Positions 29,790-39,853 are shown, counted from the first letter of the stretch. The stretch is 64,000 nt of DNA from Candidatus Aenigmatarchaeota archaeon (GCA_016187385.1 JACPJU010000001.1:722262-786261), one strand, 5' to 3'. Notes: generated by a model not told the origin, from the sequence alone. Program-made: numbers and translations.

Positions 29790-30617
29790 TTATTTTTGAT
29801 AGCTGCCGAGATATTTGTCAACAGAATCTATGCCAAACCATTTTTCAAAATCAATGTCCTTGGATTTCTTATAGTCGTATGGTGTCTTCAACGGGAACCA
29901 ACTCTCGAACAATCTGGCTATTCCGAAGCATCTCGCATTGTTGAATATCACATCTCCCATGTTCTCCCAGTCGATAGGCATCTGGTCTTCAGTAATGTTC
30001 ATGAACACCTTGTTCAGTCCATCATCAAAATAAACAGTTCCTGTGTTCGCGTGCGAATCTTCAGGCAAATCTACAATCCTGTCAACATCCATCCTAATAA
30101 CGCGTCCTGTAGACGAATCAAAGATTATTTTGTCGAATTGCGTCATCCCTGTCTCGCTTCCCACCAAAGTCGCGAGGAATCCTTTTGACAATCCTTCGAC
30201 GTGAAACTTGACAAATGATTTCAGATCCAGATTGACTATGTCCGAACCTCCAACATTTATCTTGTGCATGCTTGTGTCTAGCACTCCTTTCTCAAGATAG
30301 TACTTTATGACACCACCGCGCCCCATTCTTTTTTCATCCTCCTTCAGGAAGACAAACTCTATCCCAGTATTGCGGCTTATCTCGTTGCAGTGCTGTATGA
30401 TCGCATCCGGGTTGTGCCACAGCGTTATGAAGAATTTCCTTATGCCAGCCTTCACGTATGGCATTATGGTCCAGTCTATTATTGGTCTTGGATTTGTGCC
30501 AATCTCAGTCATCACCTTCGGTATCTTCCCTTGAGTGACAGGATACCACCTTTCGCTCAGCCCGCCGGCATGAACGATGACTTCTGTATTCTGCAAATAA
30601 CTCTCCCGATCTTCCAT
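29790..30617 (-). CDS. Sugar-phosphate nucleotidyltransferase (NTP_transferase family); start trimmed to ATG at 30617
   Basis: VIVHAGGLSERW...KVM nucleotide-binding N-terminus; the upstream extension of the track ORF overlaps the divergent promoter. Confidence 0.6.
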   Translation of the reverse strand: MEDRESYLQNTEVIVHAGGLSERWYPVTQGKIPKVMTEIGTNPRPIIDWTIMPYVKAGIRKFFITLWHNPDAIIQHCNEISRNTGIEFVFLKEDEKRMGRGGVIKYYLEKGVLDTSMHKINVGGSDIVNLDLKSFVKFHVEGLSKGFLATLVGSETGMTQFDKIIFDSSTGRVIRMDVDRIVDLPEDSHANTGTVYFDDGLNKVFMNITEDQMPIDWENMGDVIFNNARCFGIARLFESWFPLKTPYDYKKSKDIDFEKWFGIDSVDKYLGSYQK

Positions 30618-30663
30618 ATGGTAGAGATGGTGATTAGGTTTATTAAGATTTAATTGTGTTATA

Positions 30664-31257
30664 TTGGGTATGAACATTTTCGATGTGTTTCCAAAGAGAC
30701 TTGCTGAAGACAGGATAAGAAATACGCGGGATATGGAGTATATTGAATCACAACTCAAGATATATCCCAACGACAGGATTTTGCATGCGGGATGCGGTCC
30801 TGGCGTGCATGCCATATACATAGCTAAGAAGCATCCTATATGTTCGGTTTATGGATATGACACTTCTAATAGAATGCTTGAAATTGCGAGGTCAAGAGCT
30901 GATGATGAAGGCTTGGCAAACATCTATTTCGAGAACAAGGATGTGACAAATCTCAGCCCGTCGGAAAAATTCGATGCCATAATAGCCGACAGGTTGTTCA
31001 TGTGGTTCAGAAATCCCGAGGTAAGGAGAGACCTCCGCCAGAGCTTGTACAGGACATTGGACAGAAGAGGGACGCTGATTGTCAGCGAGCCGATACCAAG
31101 AAACAGTTGGGATGATGTAATGACTTATTTAAGAGGCTATACATTCGGCTCAAAGGATGCGATGGTATTCTTCTTCAACAGTGAAACACCATGGACGTAT
31201 CTGAATGCGGTCGAAAAACCAGAATATTCGAGAAGGTACTTCATCGGCCGAAAGTAA
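30664..31257 (+). CDS. Class I SAM-dependent methyltransferase
   Basis: ILHAGCGPGVHAIYIA SAM-binding motif I. Confidence 0.6.
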   Translation: MGMNIFDVFPKRLAEDRIRNTRDMEYIESQLKIYPNDRILHAGCGPGVHAIYIAKKHPICSVYGYDTSNRMLEIARSRADDEGLANIYFENKDVTNLSPSEKFDAIIADRLFMWFRNPEVRRDLRQSLYRTLDRRGTLIVSEPIPRNSWDDVMTYLRGYTFGSKDAMVFFFNSETPWTYLNAVEKPEYSRRYFIGRK

Positions 31258-31310
31258 GGTATAACAAAAACGGAGTTTCCACAGATATGTTTGCGGATTT
31301 TCAGCATTGA

Positions 31311-32189
31311 TTGTTCATTTATATATTTGATAGACTTGATGAGTTTATGGAAAAAACAGAAGCCTTGAAAATAGTGCTGGTCCCAAAAGATGCTGAACTT
31401 TTACATGATCTTGGTTATGTGGTAAAACCGGATGTAATGCGTAGTACAAGAGCCGAAAAACTGGACTTGTATAAACTCGATAGAGTTTTTTATCAGGGCG
31501 AACCAATAACTATAACTCATAAAGTTTCTGCAGGAGATATACCAGTTGTATACGAAATTAAAGAAATTTGTCCGCCTGGTTACGTCGGTTCCAATACTGT
31601 TGTGCAAGTCGTGGGCGATTCTCCTGAGGTTAGAGAAAGGATAAATGCCCTGTCAAGACAAAGCCCTCTTCGAAATCACTCATTGGCTTTGTTTATACCA
31701 TATGTAGAAGAACATGTGGATTCTAGTTTTCCGATAAACACATATCATGGACAAAAAGGTTATACGCCTGAGACAGGACAATATACAAGAACAATGCAAG
31801 AAAAACATGATTGGATTCAAGAAGAAATTCGAGCATGGGAAAGTGAAGGTCTACCTGTATCTATTAACTTGGTCAATGATTTATTGCGCACCGAGGATCT
31901 TTTAAGAGGGGGTTTGGTAATACTTACGGAAGAAGAACTTAAAGATGAGATTGAAAGAGCAAAAGCATACGAAGCTAATACACCGCGAGATATGATTTAT
32001 CATGCGGCAGAAGGGATTCAACAATCTTCCTATTTCAGATTTCGTCACGATGTAACTAGTAAAGTAATCGGAAGCGCAAAAAGAAGGATAGAGTTCTATG
32101 CGCATGTTATACTTTTTCTAAATGGTTCAAATGTCGAGAATAGCGAAATTATAAAAAGATTTTTAGAAGGTGTGGGATATAGGCAATAA
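31311..32189 (+). CDS. Hypothetical protein (alternative start at 31347)
   Basis: 292-aa ORF; no motif recognised. Confidence 0.4.
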   Translation: MFIYIFDRLDEFMEKTEALKIVLVPKDAELLHDLGYVVKPDVMRSTRAEKLDLYKLDRVFYQGEPITITHKVSAGDIPVVYEIKEICPPGYVGSNTVVQVVGDSPEVRERINALSRQSPLRNHSLALFIPYVEEHVDSSFPINTYHGQKGYTPETGQYTRTMQEKHDWIQEEIRAWESEGLPVSINLVNDLLRTEDLLRGGLVILTEEELKDEIERAKAYEANTPRDMIYHAAEGIQQSSYFRFRHDVTSKVIGSAKRRIEFYAHVILFLNGSNVENSEIIKRFLEGVGYRQ

Positions 32190-32192
32190 GAC

Positions 32193-32387
32193 TTGAGTGA
32201 TGCTATGAAGGACGATACGATACAGACTATGGGGCTTGGTGAAAATCTCAATGGTTACAACCCTTGTGTAAACAGAGAAGAAATGAAGGTATATGCAAAG
32301 GTTTTATGTGAATACCTCGCTAATACCAATAAAGAAGAGTTATACAGGGTTGTTAGGCTCATAGGTGAAAGGGATAGCTTACGCTAG
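32193..32387 (+). CDS. Small hypothetical protein
   Basis: 64-aa ORF immediately after the previous gene. Confidence 0.25.
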   Translation: MSDAMKDDTIQTMGLGENLNGYNPCVNREEMKVYAKVLCEYLANTNKEELYRVVRLIGERDSLR

Positions 32388-32410
32388 CTGAAAGCTGTCA
32401 AGAAACCATC

Positions 32411-32560
32411 CTACATCTTCTTGTGGTTAGGATAGCACTCTCTGCAATATACGGGTCTTCCTTCGATGGGCTTGAAAGGAACTTCGCCTTCTTGTCCGCA
32501 GTCGGAACAAGTTATCTTGAAGCTTCTTCTGGGTCCGTCGAACCCGCGTTGAAACGCCAT
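32411..32560 (-). CDS. 49-aa CxxC...CxxC zinc-ribbon protein (not in the ORF track, <60 aa)
   Basis: Translates to MAFQRGFDGPRRSFKITCSDCGQEGEVPFKPIEGRPVYCRECYPNHKKM; two CxxC pairs ~17 aa apart. Confidence 0.45.
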   Translation of the reverse strand: MAFQRGFDGPRRSFKITCSDCGQEGEVPFKPIEGRPVYCRECYPNHKKM

Positions 32561-32662
32561 TTATTCTACCTCTTTATTATTCAACAATACAGGCTCTAAC
32601 TCTCAGAATTAGACTGTAATATTATAAAATTGGGTAGATGACTATTTAAAATCATGACAAAT

Positions 32663-33481
32663 CTATTTCGTGGGTATTTGTATGAAAGGTGTTGCGTCTC
32701 CTGTAACCAATGGCAATTTACCATCCCACTTTTGCGTCGCCAAGAATTCTATGTACTGAGGACTTTTTTCCAGTTCTTCATTTATTATTCTAATTGCCTC
32801 GGATTCTCCTTTCGCCTTTTCTATCGCTTGCTGGGCTTCTATTTTAATTCTTTTCAAATCATTCTCGGCTTTTAGCGCTAATTGCTGTGCTGTAACTTTG
32901 GATTCAATAGCTTCAGTAAATTGCTTGCTGAACTGGAAATCCGTTATAGAAACTGTCTCGACAATTATGCCCCTGGAATTTAGCCTTTCTTTCAATCCCT
33001 CTTCGATAGTATCTTTAACTATGGGTCTTTGCGTAATTAGTTCTTCCGCATTGAATTTCGCGGTGGATGCTTTTACAACTTCCTGAATCGCAGGCGATAT
33101 ATACCTGTCGGCATAAGCAGGTCCGAGAGTTTGGTATATTTCATTGACATTATCGGGCGATAGATGGTAGTTCAGTGCGACTTTGGTATAAGTGTCTTGA
33201 AGGTCTTTTGAAGCTGCGGTAGCATCACTTTCATATTTTTGAGTTCTGACATCCATGATTGGTACATTGTGAACTATTGGTATAATAATGTGTAATCCTT
33301 CCCCATAGACTTCACCAGTAACTCTGCCAAATTCCAAGAGAACCCCACGCTGACCTGGTCCTATAATGACAACTGTGTTAAAAAGCAGGACCAAGAATAT
33401 TATGAGAAATATTGCCATTCCTAGATATTTACGCCATCCAAACCATTCAGGTTCTGGTACATCAAATTTCTTTACCATCAA
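32663..33481 (-). CDS. SPFH/band-7 (prohibitin/stomatin-like) membrane protein
   Basis: N-terminal transmembrane helix, IIGPGQRGVLLEFGRV band-7 core, C-terminal coiled coil. Confidence 0.8.
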   Translation of the reverse strand: MMVKKFDVPEPEWFGWRKYLGMAIFLIIFLVLLFNTVVIIGPGQRGVLLEFGRVTGEVYGEGLHIIIPIVHNVPIMDVRTQKYESDATAASKDLQDTYTKVALNYHLSPDNVNEIYQTLGPAYADRYISPAIQEVVKASTAKFNAEELITQRPIVKDTIEEGLKERLNSRGIIVETVSITDFQFSKQFTEAIESKVTAQQLALKAENDLKRIKIEAQQAIEKAKGESEAIRIINEELEKSPQYIEFLATQKWDGKLPLVTGDATPFIQIPTK

Positions 33482-33616
33482 TTATATATCGGACGGTAAA
33501 ACTTATAAATAATCAACGAATGCTCCCGACGGGAGATAGACCGTTTTAGTATGATGCCCTATTCAGAACCTATAATAGATATGGTAGAGGATAAATATAA
33601 ACTTTAGGTAAGTCAG

Positions 33617-34669
33617 ATGAACAGAAAATTCATGGTGTATTTTGACACTGATATTTGGGAAAAATTAAGTACTACTTTTGAAGAAAACAAAGAGAAATTT
33701 CCTGAGATTTGGAGAATATTTAGACAACAAAATGAGGAAAAAATAGATATTTACTATTCAGATTTGCACACTGGAGAATTGATAAATGAAAAACTGGATT
33801 TATGCCTTAAAAAATCAAATAAAAAAGTAGGAAAAACATTTACACCCGTAGATGTAGAAACCAGTTCTGATAATAAACAAAAGTCTGATGAATTAAAACA
33901 ACTTGTGGGCGATGGAAAAGATAATGACGTATTGCATCTATTGACATGCTTTATCAATGATATAGACGCTTTCATTACATATGATATAGATATATTAAAA
34001 AACTGGGTTAAAATAAAGAAGTTGTTCAAAAAATGGGGAAAGAAAAATTTTATATTAGCCTCACCTAAAGGCTATTTACGACTTCAGAGATTTACTTCAT
34101 ATGGGTTAATTTTGTTGGGATTGATACCACTTTCACTTTTTTTTAAATTTGCTGTAGGATTGAGTTTCTTTGAAATGCTACTCGGTTATGGAATGTCAAT
34201 AACTTTCATTCTATGGTTCGACTTGCTTAAAAATATTTTTTATTTCAGGATGAATACAGAAACCCAAAAAGCAACTACAAACGCCTTTGAGTTCATGAAG
34301 AGTTTCTCACCTATGTACTATGTTATATATGGAGTATTTACTACACTAATTATTTTATTAGCCAGTAATGAAATTACCTCAGAACCATTTAGTATTCTAT
34401 GGTTATTTTTAACGATTTTTGCATTTCAAATACCAACTTTCTTTTATACTATATATCTTCTTAGCAAAAATTACAGAAGAGAATTAATAATATTATTTTT
34501 TGTTATTGGCTATGCTTTGTTAAGTGCAATGTTTGGCTGGACATCCGCCTATGTTGAACGAGATATACTTAAGCTATCTGCTTTACCAGACCTTCTAGTG
34601 GCAACTTATGGAACTGGTATTCTTTTCCTAGTCTTTACCAAATATCTAGAGAAGTACGAAGTTTTCTAA
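33617..34669 (+). CDS. Membrane protein: N-terminal PIN-like soluble domain fused to a multi-transmembrane C-terminal domain
   Basis: MVYFDTDIW...LHLLTCFINDIDAFITYD resembles PIN acidic positions; at least five hydrophobic helices follow; very AT-rich. Confidence 0.4.
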   Translation: MNRKFMVYFDTDIWEKLSTTFEENKEKFPEIWRIFRQQNEEKIDIYYSDLHTGELINEKLDLCLKKSNKKVGKTFTPVDVETSSDNKQKSDELKQLVGDGKDNDVLHLLTCFINDIDAFITYDIDILKNWVKIKKLFKKWGKKNFILASPKGYLRLQRFTSYGLILLGLIPLSLFFKFAVGLSFFEMLLGYGMSITFILWFDLLKNIFYFRMNTETQKATTNAFEFMKSFSPMYYVIYGVFTTLIILLASNEITSEPFSILWLFLTIFAFQIPTFFYTIYLLSKNYRRELIILFFVIGYALLSAMFGWTSAYVERDILKLSALPDLLVATYGTGILFLVFTKYLEKYEVF

Positions 34670-34782
34670 TTCTCGATATGTTGATTTTTTATGAAAGTTC
34701 CAAACTTCGACAGAGATATCTCTACCAGTAAGTAAGTGCTGGGTCGAAGCCGTTTAAGGTATATAAAAATATTTCTCGAAAA

Positions 34783-35598
34783 CTAATTTAATAAATCGTA
34801 ATTATATGGTTTGTTTATAACTATCATTGAATCATTAGTTAGGTCGTGTATTAGTAGTTTACTATCATCTAGAATAATTTCTTTTTTATTTTTCTTCTCA
34901 CGAATTAATATTTCCATATTAAATGAACGTATCTTTTCCATTCTTCCATCAATTTTTTGAAATAATGGGGGGTCAACTTTTGTATAGTTAAACCAATTTC
35001 TGTCTTTACCAGATTTCAAGGCTAGTCTAAGATGAAAATCTAGAATATTATTTATATTATCAATTACATTCCCAGAAGAATCATACAGATTTGTTCCCTT
35101 GTTATAATCTTTATCATAGTTCTTGATAAACTCTTTTCCAACGTCGGAAGGGTTAGGCGGTTCTAACTCGATATTGAAATGCGTTACTTCGGGATATTTC
35201 ATAATGTTTAATGAAATAGCCTTTTTTACTTTCATTTCACTTGGTTCCAATACCTTTAGAAGTTGGATTCCGTTTCCTTTAGCTAGCTGTACGGCTCCAC
35301 TTTGAAATCCTTTTTTAGAAACTATAATACCATTATGTACATTCAAATCGTCTTTGATAGCAATTATATCAGAAACTTCCTTTTTTGGAACATTATTACT
35401 CCAATATTTAGCATTTATAATCTGTTTAAACGATACTGTTGGTAACGATACTTCAACATATACATCAATTTTATGTTTTGTTGATTTCCCTTGCATCAGC
35501 AAATTATGGAAAATTCTAATAGGAAATTTCTCATAGCGACTTGTAAAAATTTCTTTTACTATTTGTTCAAAAATTTGCCATTTTTCTGTCATATACAA
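34783..35598 (-). CDS. Restriction-endonuclease-like (Mrr_cat-type) domain protein with a C-terminal extension
   Basis: W.IFEQIVKEIF...KHKIDVYVE...IINAKYW...GIIVSKKGFQSGA...GIQLL matches the Mrr catalytic-domain pattern. Confidence 0.55.
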   Translation of the reverse strand: MYMTEKWQIFEQIVKEIFTSRYEKFPIRIFHNLLMQGKSTKHKIDVYVEVSLPTVSFKQIINAKYWSNNVPKKEVSDIIAIKDDLNVHNGIIVSKKGFQSGAVQLAKGNGIQLLKVLEPSEMKVKKAISLNIMKYPEVTHFNIELEPPNPSDVGKEFIKNYDKDYNKGTNLYDSSGNVIDNINNILDFHLRLALKSGKDRNWFNYTKVDPPLFQKIDGRMEKIRSFNMEILIREKKNKKEIILDDSKLLIHDLTNDSMIVINKPYNYDLLN

Positions 35599-35647
35599 TC
35601 CAGTATAATAATTTCAACTTAAAAAGCGTTCAAAAATCACCTGACTT

Positions 35648-35902
35648 CTATGCAAAAAATAGTGTATACAAATTCAATATAGTTTTCAGATGATAAAAAT
35701 ACTTGATTATCCTGCCAGCGTTGCGGTTGTTGGCTACTAGATAATGGTAGAAGTTCTCTAGGTCTTTGTTGTCTTCTTTGTTAAAGTCTTCAGAACTAAG
35801 GATAGTCTCTGATGTTTTCTCTAATCTTTCTTTGAAATTGTGTATGTCTTCTGACATTAGTCTAACCCTATCCCAGACCTTCTTAAAGTCCGTGTAGGGC
35901 AT
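35648..35902 (-). CDS. Small hypothetical protein (start trimmed so it does not overlap the tRNA)
   Basis: 84-aa ORF beginning MPYTDFKK; the longer track ORF runs into tRNA-Glu. Confidence 0.25.
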   Translation of the reverse strand: MPYTDFKKVWDRVRLMSEDIHNFKERLEKTSETILSSEDFNKEDNKDLENFYHYLVANNRNAGRIIKYFYHLKTILNLYTLFFA

Positions 35903-35919
35903 TAAACAAAAGGATAGTA

Positions 35920-36010
35920 TGCTCCCGCCGGGATTTGAACCCGGGTCACAAGCTCGAGAAGCTCGCATCCTTGACCGGATTGTCCTGAACTCCATCTAGA
36001 CGACAGGAGC
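35920..36010 (-). tRNA. tRNA-Glu(CTC) candidate with a non-canonically placed ~15-nt intron between the D-arm and anticodon stem
   Basis: Acceptor GCTCCTG/CGGGAGC and T-arm CCGGGTTCAAATCCCGG nearly identical to tRNA-Glu(TTC) at 63722. Best fold has anticodon arm CGAGC-TTCTCGA-GCTTG, anticodon CTC. Extra AATCCGGTCAAGGATG after the D-arm. Confidence 0.6.
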
Positions 36011-36061
36011 ATACTGTAAATATGACAAAGACATATATTTAAGATTCCCCTAATTTATATC

Positions 36062-36352
36062 ATGCCAAAGCAACTGACGGTAAAGAAAATAGATCCATGG
36101 TCAATGGGCAAGACACTTGCTCTGCTGTACGCATTATTGGGATTGATTGTAGGCGCGTTCATGTCATTGTTTTCAATCGGAACTTCCATGGCTGGATACG
36201 GGATGATGTACGGCGTGCTATTCGGGGCAGGTGCTATAGTATTACTTCCGCTATTTTACGGCATTGTAGGTTTCGTTGGCGGGATAATCGTTGCCTGGTT
36301 TTACAATCTGGTTGCGAAATACACCGGCGGCGTCAAGCTACAAGTCGGATAG
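36062..36352 (+). CDS. Small two-helix membrane protein
   Basis: 96 aa with two hydrophobic helices. Confidence 0.4.
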   Translation: MPKQLTVKKIDPWSMGKTLALLYALLGLIVGAFMSLFSIGTSMAGYGMMYGVLFGAGAIVLLPLFYGIVGFVGGIIVAWFYNLVAKYTGGVKLQVG

Positions 36353-36788
36353 ATAATCTACTTTGAGTATTTAGTATATTTTCTTGTGAACCCCTTCTTG
36401 TATCCCTTGTATTTTTTCTTGCCTGAAGGATATTCTATCTCCTCAATCAGTTCTTCTATCCTCTTTTTAGTCTTTTCTGACATGTTCTCTTATTAGATTA
36501 TAGATTTGGAAATAGAAATCTTTATATGTCCGATATCGGACATATACTTGGTGAATGTTATGGAATTCATTTTAATCTACGATATACCAACCGAGATGGA
36601 AAGTATACAGAGACAAGCACACAGACTTTTAGTTAGAAGCGTTGTAAGCAAATTCAAAGATCAGTTTGGAAATCTAAAGAATTAAGCGCTTTAATAGACA
36701 TAGCTTCATTTATAAAAAAATCAGGCGGAGATGCTAAGATACTGGAAGAAAGATTTGTATTTTAAATTTTTCTATCCATATAATAACA

Positions 36789-38600
36789 ATGGCTATAGCG
36801 ATAAAAGAGTTCGGCGGACAGCACACAGACCTTATCGGTAATAGAATCGGGGAAATGGGTATTGATGTAATATACGAATCCAGCGACGCACCACACCGTG
36901 ATGATGTTTCAGGTTATATTCTTTCAGGCGGTCCAAAAAGCGTTTACAAGGCAGATTCTTATAAATACGACCCGCAAATTTTCAAGCAAGACAAGCCACT
37001 ACTAGGCATATGTTACGGCATGCAGCTTCTTGCTAAGGAATTAGGTGGTGGGGTCTACAATGGCGGTAGAGAATATGGTGAGACGCAGATTGTCTTAAAA
37101 CAAATACACCCGCTTTTTGACGGGTTTTCAGATAGAGAGATTGTGTGGATGAATCATGGTGATTCCGTAGACAGCAACGGTAATTACGATGTTCTCGGCA
37201 TTAGTGGAAAAGGTATTGTCGCGGCGATTTCATCAAAAACAGGACGACAAGTTGGAGTTCAATTTCACCCCGAAGTTACACACACTGAAAAGGGAAGAAC
37301 CCTTCTAAGGAATTTTACTCTGATGTGTAATGAGTACCCCAGAAATGTTCAAGAAGAAAGATTCGATGTCGGCAGATTTATTGAAGAAGTCAAATACGAG
37401 CTAGCTCATACAATAGGATCAAATGAAGCATACATATTTTTAAGCGGTGGAGTCGATTCTACAGTAGCTGCTGCTCTCGCAAAAGAGGCTGGAATAAGAA
37501 TAAGGGCAATCACTCTCAATATGGGACTTGGAAGAAAAGGAGAAGTACGACATGCGAGAAATGTAGGCAAGATGCTTGGTGAAGATGTTTATGTCCATCC
37601 TATTAGCGCACGTTCTGTACACCAATTGTCTAAACTATCTGAAGCTGAAGAAAAGAGAAAAGCATTCGTGTTATTGTATGCAGAAGCTATAGACGATGTT
37701 AACAATCTATTTGGAATCGGTCCAGACGATTTTGTAATACAAGGAACAATAGCAACGGACAGGAGAGAAAGTGGAAGGGAAGCAGGTAAGGGTGAAACTG
37801 TCGACAAGGGCACGGCCGCATTGATTAAAACACATCATAATGTCGGTGCTGAAAAACACATCAGGGGAAACCAACTCTACCCATTAAGGGGGCTTACGAA
37901 AGATAGAGTAAGGATAGTTGCACGGGAATTGGGATTGCCCCAAGAAGTTTCTGAAAGACAACCCTATCCAGGTCCGGGCCTTTTGGTAAGATTCATTACT
38001 GCATATTATCCTGTCAATGACGAGCTTTATAATAGCACGAGAGAAATAGCACATTCGCATGGGCTTAATGGTTATGTACTACCTAGAAAGGGGGTTGGTG
38101 TGAAAGGCGACGACAGAGCACAGGAACATATCGCACTACTTGTAGGCGATCGGGACTGGAAAAGAATACGGCAAGCTTCAAAAGAAATCATTGAAGAGTT
38201 GCCTGTATGTAGAGTTGCGTATTTGCCCGAAGAAGAGAGGTTCGATCAGAATAGACTCCAAAGAACAATAGACTTTCCATTCGACCGACACAACCTTGAT
38301 TTGTTAAGGGAAGCCACTGAGATAGTGGAAACGACAATGAGAGACTACAATGTGAAATCATCGCAAACGCCTGTTGTAATTTTCGGTGGTCACGATGCAC
38401 CATGGTTAGTGATTCGCGATGTTCAATCAGAAGATTTCAGGACAGTAAGACCACTGAAGAAACCAGACGAATTTCCATGGGAATGTTATGATAAAATCGT
38501 GGAGAGGATAAGAAGAAATAGCGCTCTAAGAAGATATGATAAAATGCGTGTTGCTTTTGACGTTTCTGACAAGCCAGGCGGAACCACAGAAATGGAGTAA
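36789..38600 (+). CDS. guaA: GMP synthase (glutamine-hydrolysing), fused GATase plus ATP-PPase
   Basis: GATase class I motifs LLGICYGMQLL and VQFHPE; PP-loop SGGVDSTVAA; C-terminal GMP-synthase-like region. Confidence 0.8.
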   Translation: MAIAIKEFGGQHTDLIGNRIGEMGIDVIYESSDAPHRDDVSGYILSGGPKSVYKADSYKYDPQIFKQDKPLLGICYGMQLLAKELGGGVYNGGREYGETQIVLKQIHPLFDGFSDREIVWMNHGDSVDSNGNYDVLGISGKGIVAAISSKTGRQVGVQFHPEVTHTEKGRTLLRNFTLMCNEYPRNVQEERFDVGRFIEEVKYELAHTIGSNEAYIFLSGGVDSTVAAALAKEAGIRIRAITLNMGLGRKGEVRHARNVGKMLGEDVYVHPISARSVHQLSKLSEAEEKRKAFVLLYAEAIDDVNNLFGIGPDDFVIQGTIATDRRESGREAGKGETVDKGTAALIKTHHNVGAEKHIRGNQLYPLRGLTKDRVRIVARELGLPQEVSERQPYPGPGLLVRFITAYYPVNDELYNSTREIAHSHGLNGYVLPRKGVGVKGDDRAQEHIALLVGDRDWKRIRQASKEIIEELPVCRVAYLPEEERFDQNRLQRTIDFPFDRHNLDLLREATEIVETTMRDYNVKSSQTPVVIFGGHDAPWLVIRDVQSEDFRTVRPLKKPDEFPWECYDKIVERIRRNSALRRYDKMRVAFDVSDKPGGTTEME

Positions 38601-38601
38601 T

Positions 38602-39135
38602 TCATATCAGATTAACCAAAAACTCTCCCACTGCAACAAAGTAAAAAATCGTTATTGAAGCGTGGATGATAGAATACACAAAACCTCCTGGATTGTCCGT
38701 AGATATGTTGATCCAGAATGCTACAAACAGATTGATCAAAACCGTCGCGATTCCTATCAGGACTATGCTGTAGCCGGAAAAAAGCGTGGAAAGGAACGCA
38801 AGCGTCAGAAAGCTTCCCATGAAAATGAACGCGTAAATTCCCAGTTCACCACCGGCAATCATGACGGGGATTACGGTAGCCAAAAATACAAATACAGCCG
38901 AATAAGCCCATCCATATTTCACCGCCAGCAGTATCATGAAGAAGAATGTCGGGTTTATGTCAACAGGCGACTTGGATAAAGCAAGAAAATACTGTATGGT
39001 TCCTGCAATCAGCGTGAACACGATCAGAACTGTCACTTGGGGCACGATGAGGTAAACCAGAGCAAACAGGAGTATTGTAATCACTGGCAAAAGCGGTTTG
39101 ACTGTCTTGAACCGGCTCTTGAATTTCAACCTCAC
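38602..39135 (-). CDS. Polytopic membrane protein (transporter substrate-capture-like)
   Basis: Five or six hydrophobic helices; no specific family. Confidence 0.45.
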   Translation of the reverse strand: MRLKFKSRFKTVKPLLPVITILLFALVYLIVPQVTVLIVFTLIAGTIQYFLALSKSPVDINPTFFFMILLAVKYGWAYSAVFVFLATVIPVMIAGGELGIYAFIFMGSFLTLAFLSTLFSGYSIVLIGIATVLINLFVAFWINISTDNPGGFVYSIIHASITIFYFVAVGEFLVNLI

Positions 39136-39196
39136 AAAAACACTATCACCCCCATAATATTAAAAGAATAAAAAGGTATTTCTCTTAATTGATTCT

Positions 39197-39385
39197 ATGG
39201 CAAAGGGAACACCGTCGATGGGAAGATTCCATTCGGGCATCAAGCACACGAAATGCAGAAGGTGCGGAAGAATAACTTTCCACATCCAGAAGGGGGAATG
39301 CGCAGCCTGCGGTTTCGGCATAAGCGCCAAGATCAAAGATTTTGCGTGGAAGACCCACGACATCAGAAGAATGCGGAAATTGTGA
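39197..39385 (+). CDS. rpl37e: Ribosomal protein eL37 (L37e)
   Basis: MAKGTPSMGRFHSGIKHTKCRRCGR...C..CG zinc-ribbon signature of L37e. Confidence 0.8.
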   Translation: MAKGTPSMGRFHSGIKHTKCRRCGRITFHIQKGECAACGFGISAKIKDFAWKTHDIRRMRKL

Positions 39386-39421
39386 AACAATATATTTCTT
39401 GTTCTTCAATTAATTTTACTC

Positions 39422-39538
39422 GGGCCCATAGCTCAGCATGGTAGAGCAGCTGGCTTTTAACAGTGTGTAAAAAAGCATTGATTTCCAAGATGATAGGAAG
39501 CAACCAGTTGGCCGAGGGTTCAAATCCCTCTGGGCCCA
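39422..39538 (+). tRNA. tRNA-Lys(TTT) with ~41-nt intron at 37/38
   Basis: Exons nearly identical to tRNA-Lys(CTT) at 10191. Anticodon stem GCTGG/CCAGT, loop CTTTTA + intron + A. Confidence 0.8.
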
Positions 39539-39562
39539 TTTAGTCTAGTAGCTTCCCAGAAA

Positions 39563-39853
39563 GTGAATTTATTATACAAAATCGCAATTAAAATTGTGTA
39601 TGAAATAAGATTTTCAAAAACTGCTGAAGAGGAAATAAAAAAGAAAAGGCTTGATCCCAGAAAATTAGGCGAATTTAACGAAAGATTGGAAAAACTGAAG
39701 ACAGCACCCGATATTTATGGCAAACCATTAAGAAGACCATTGGCAGGCATATGGGAGATTAGATTTGAAAAAAGATACAGAATTTTGTACGTTATCGACA
39801 ACCAGACAAAAACAGTAACCATAGTTGGATTAAAACATAAAGATGAGATGTGA
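39563..39853 (+). CDS. relE: RelE/ParE-family toxin
   Basis: C-terminal ...W.IRFEKRYRILYVIDNQTKTVTIVGLKHK matches the RelE core (R...YR..Y); begins 24 nt after tRNA-Lys. Confidence 0.55.
   Translation: MNLLYKIAIKIVYEIRFSKTAEEEIKKKRLDPRKLGEFNERLEKLKTAPDIYGKPLRRPLAGIWEIRFEKRYRILYVIDNQTKTVTIVGLKHKDEM

Noticed and set aside
30307-30653. Plus-strand ORFs 30307-30534 and 30390-30653 and the long 5' extension of 29790-30821
   Set aside because: They overlap the NTP-transferase gene or its divergent promoter. The conserved nucleotidyltransferase N-terminus begins at the internal ATG (30617), so the extension and antisense ORFs are discarded.
35648-35995. Full-length track ORF 35648-35995 overlapping tRNA-Glu
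   Set aside because: Its first 31 codons run through the tRNA gene body (35920-36010). Only the portion from the internal Met (35902) is kept, at low confidence.
36097-36366. ORF 36097-36366(+) overlapping the two-helix membrane protein in another frame
   Set aside because: Arg/Cys-rich translation without structure; the co-located 36062-36352 frame gives a clean two-TM protein.
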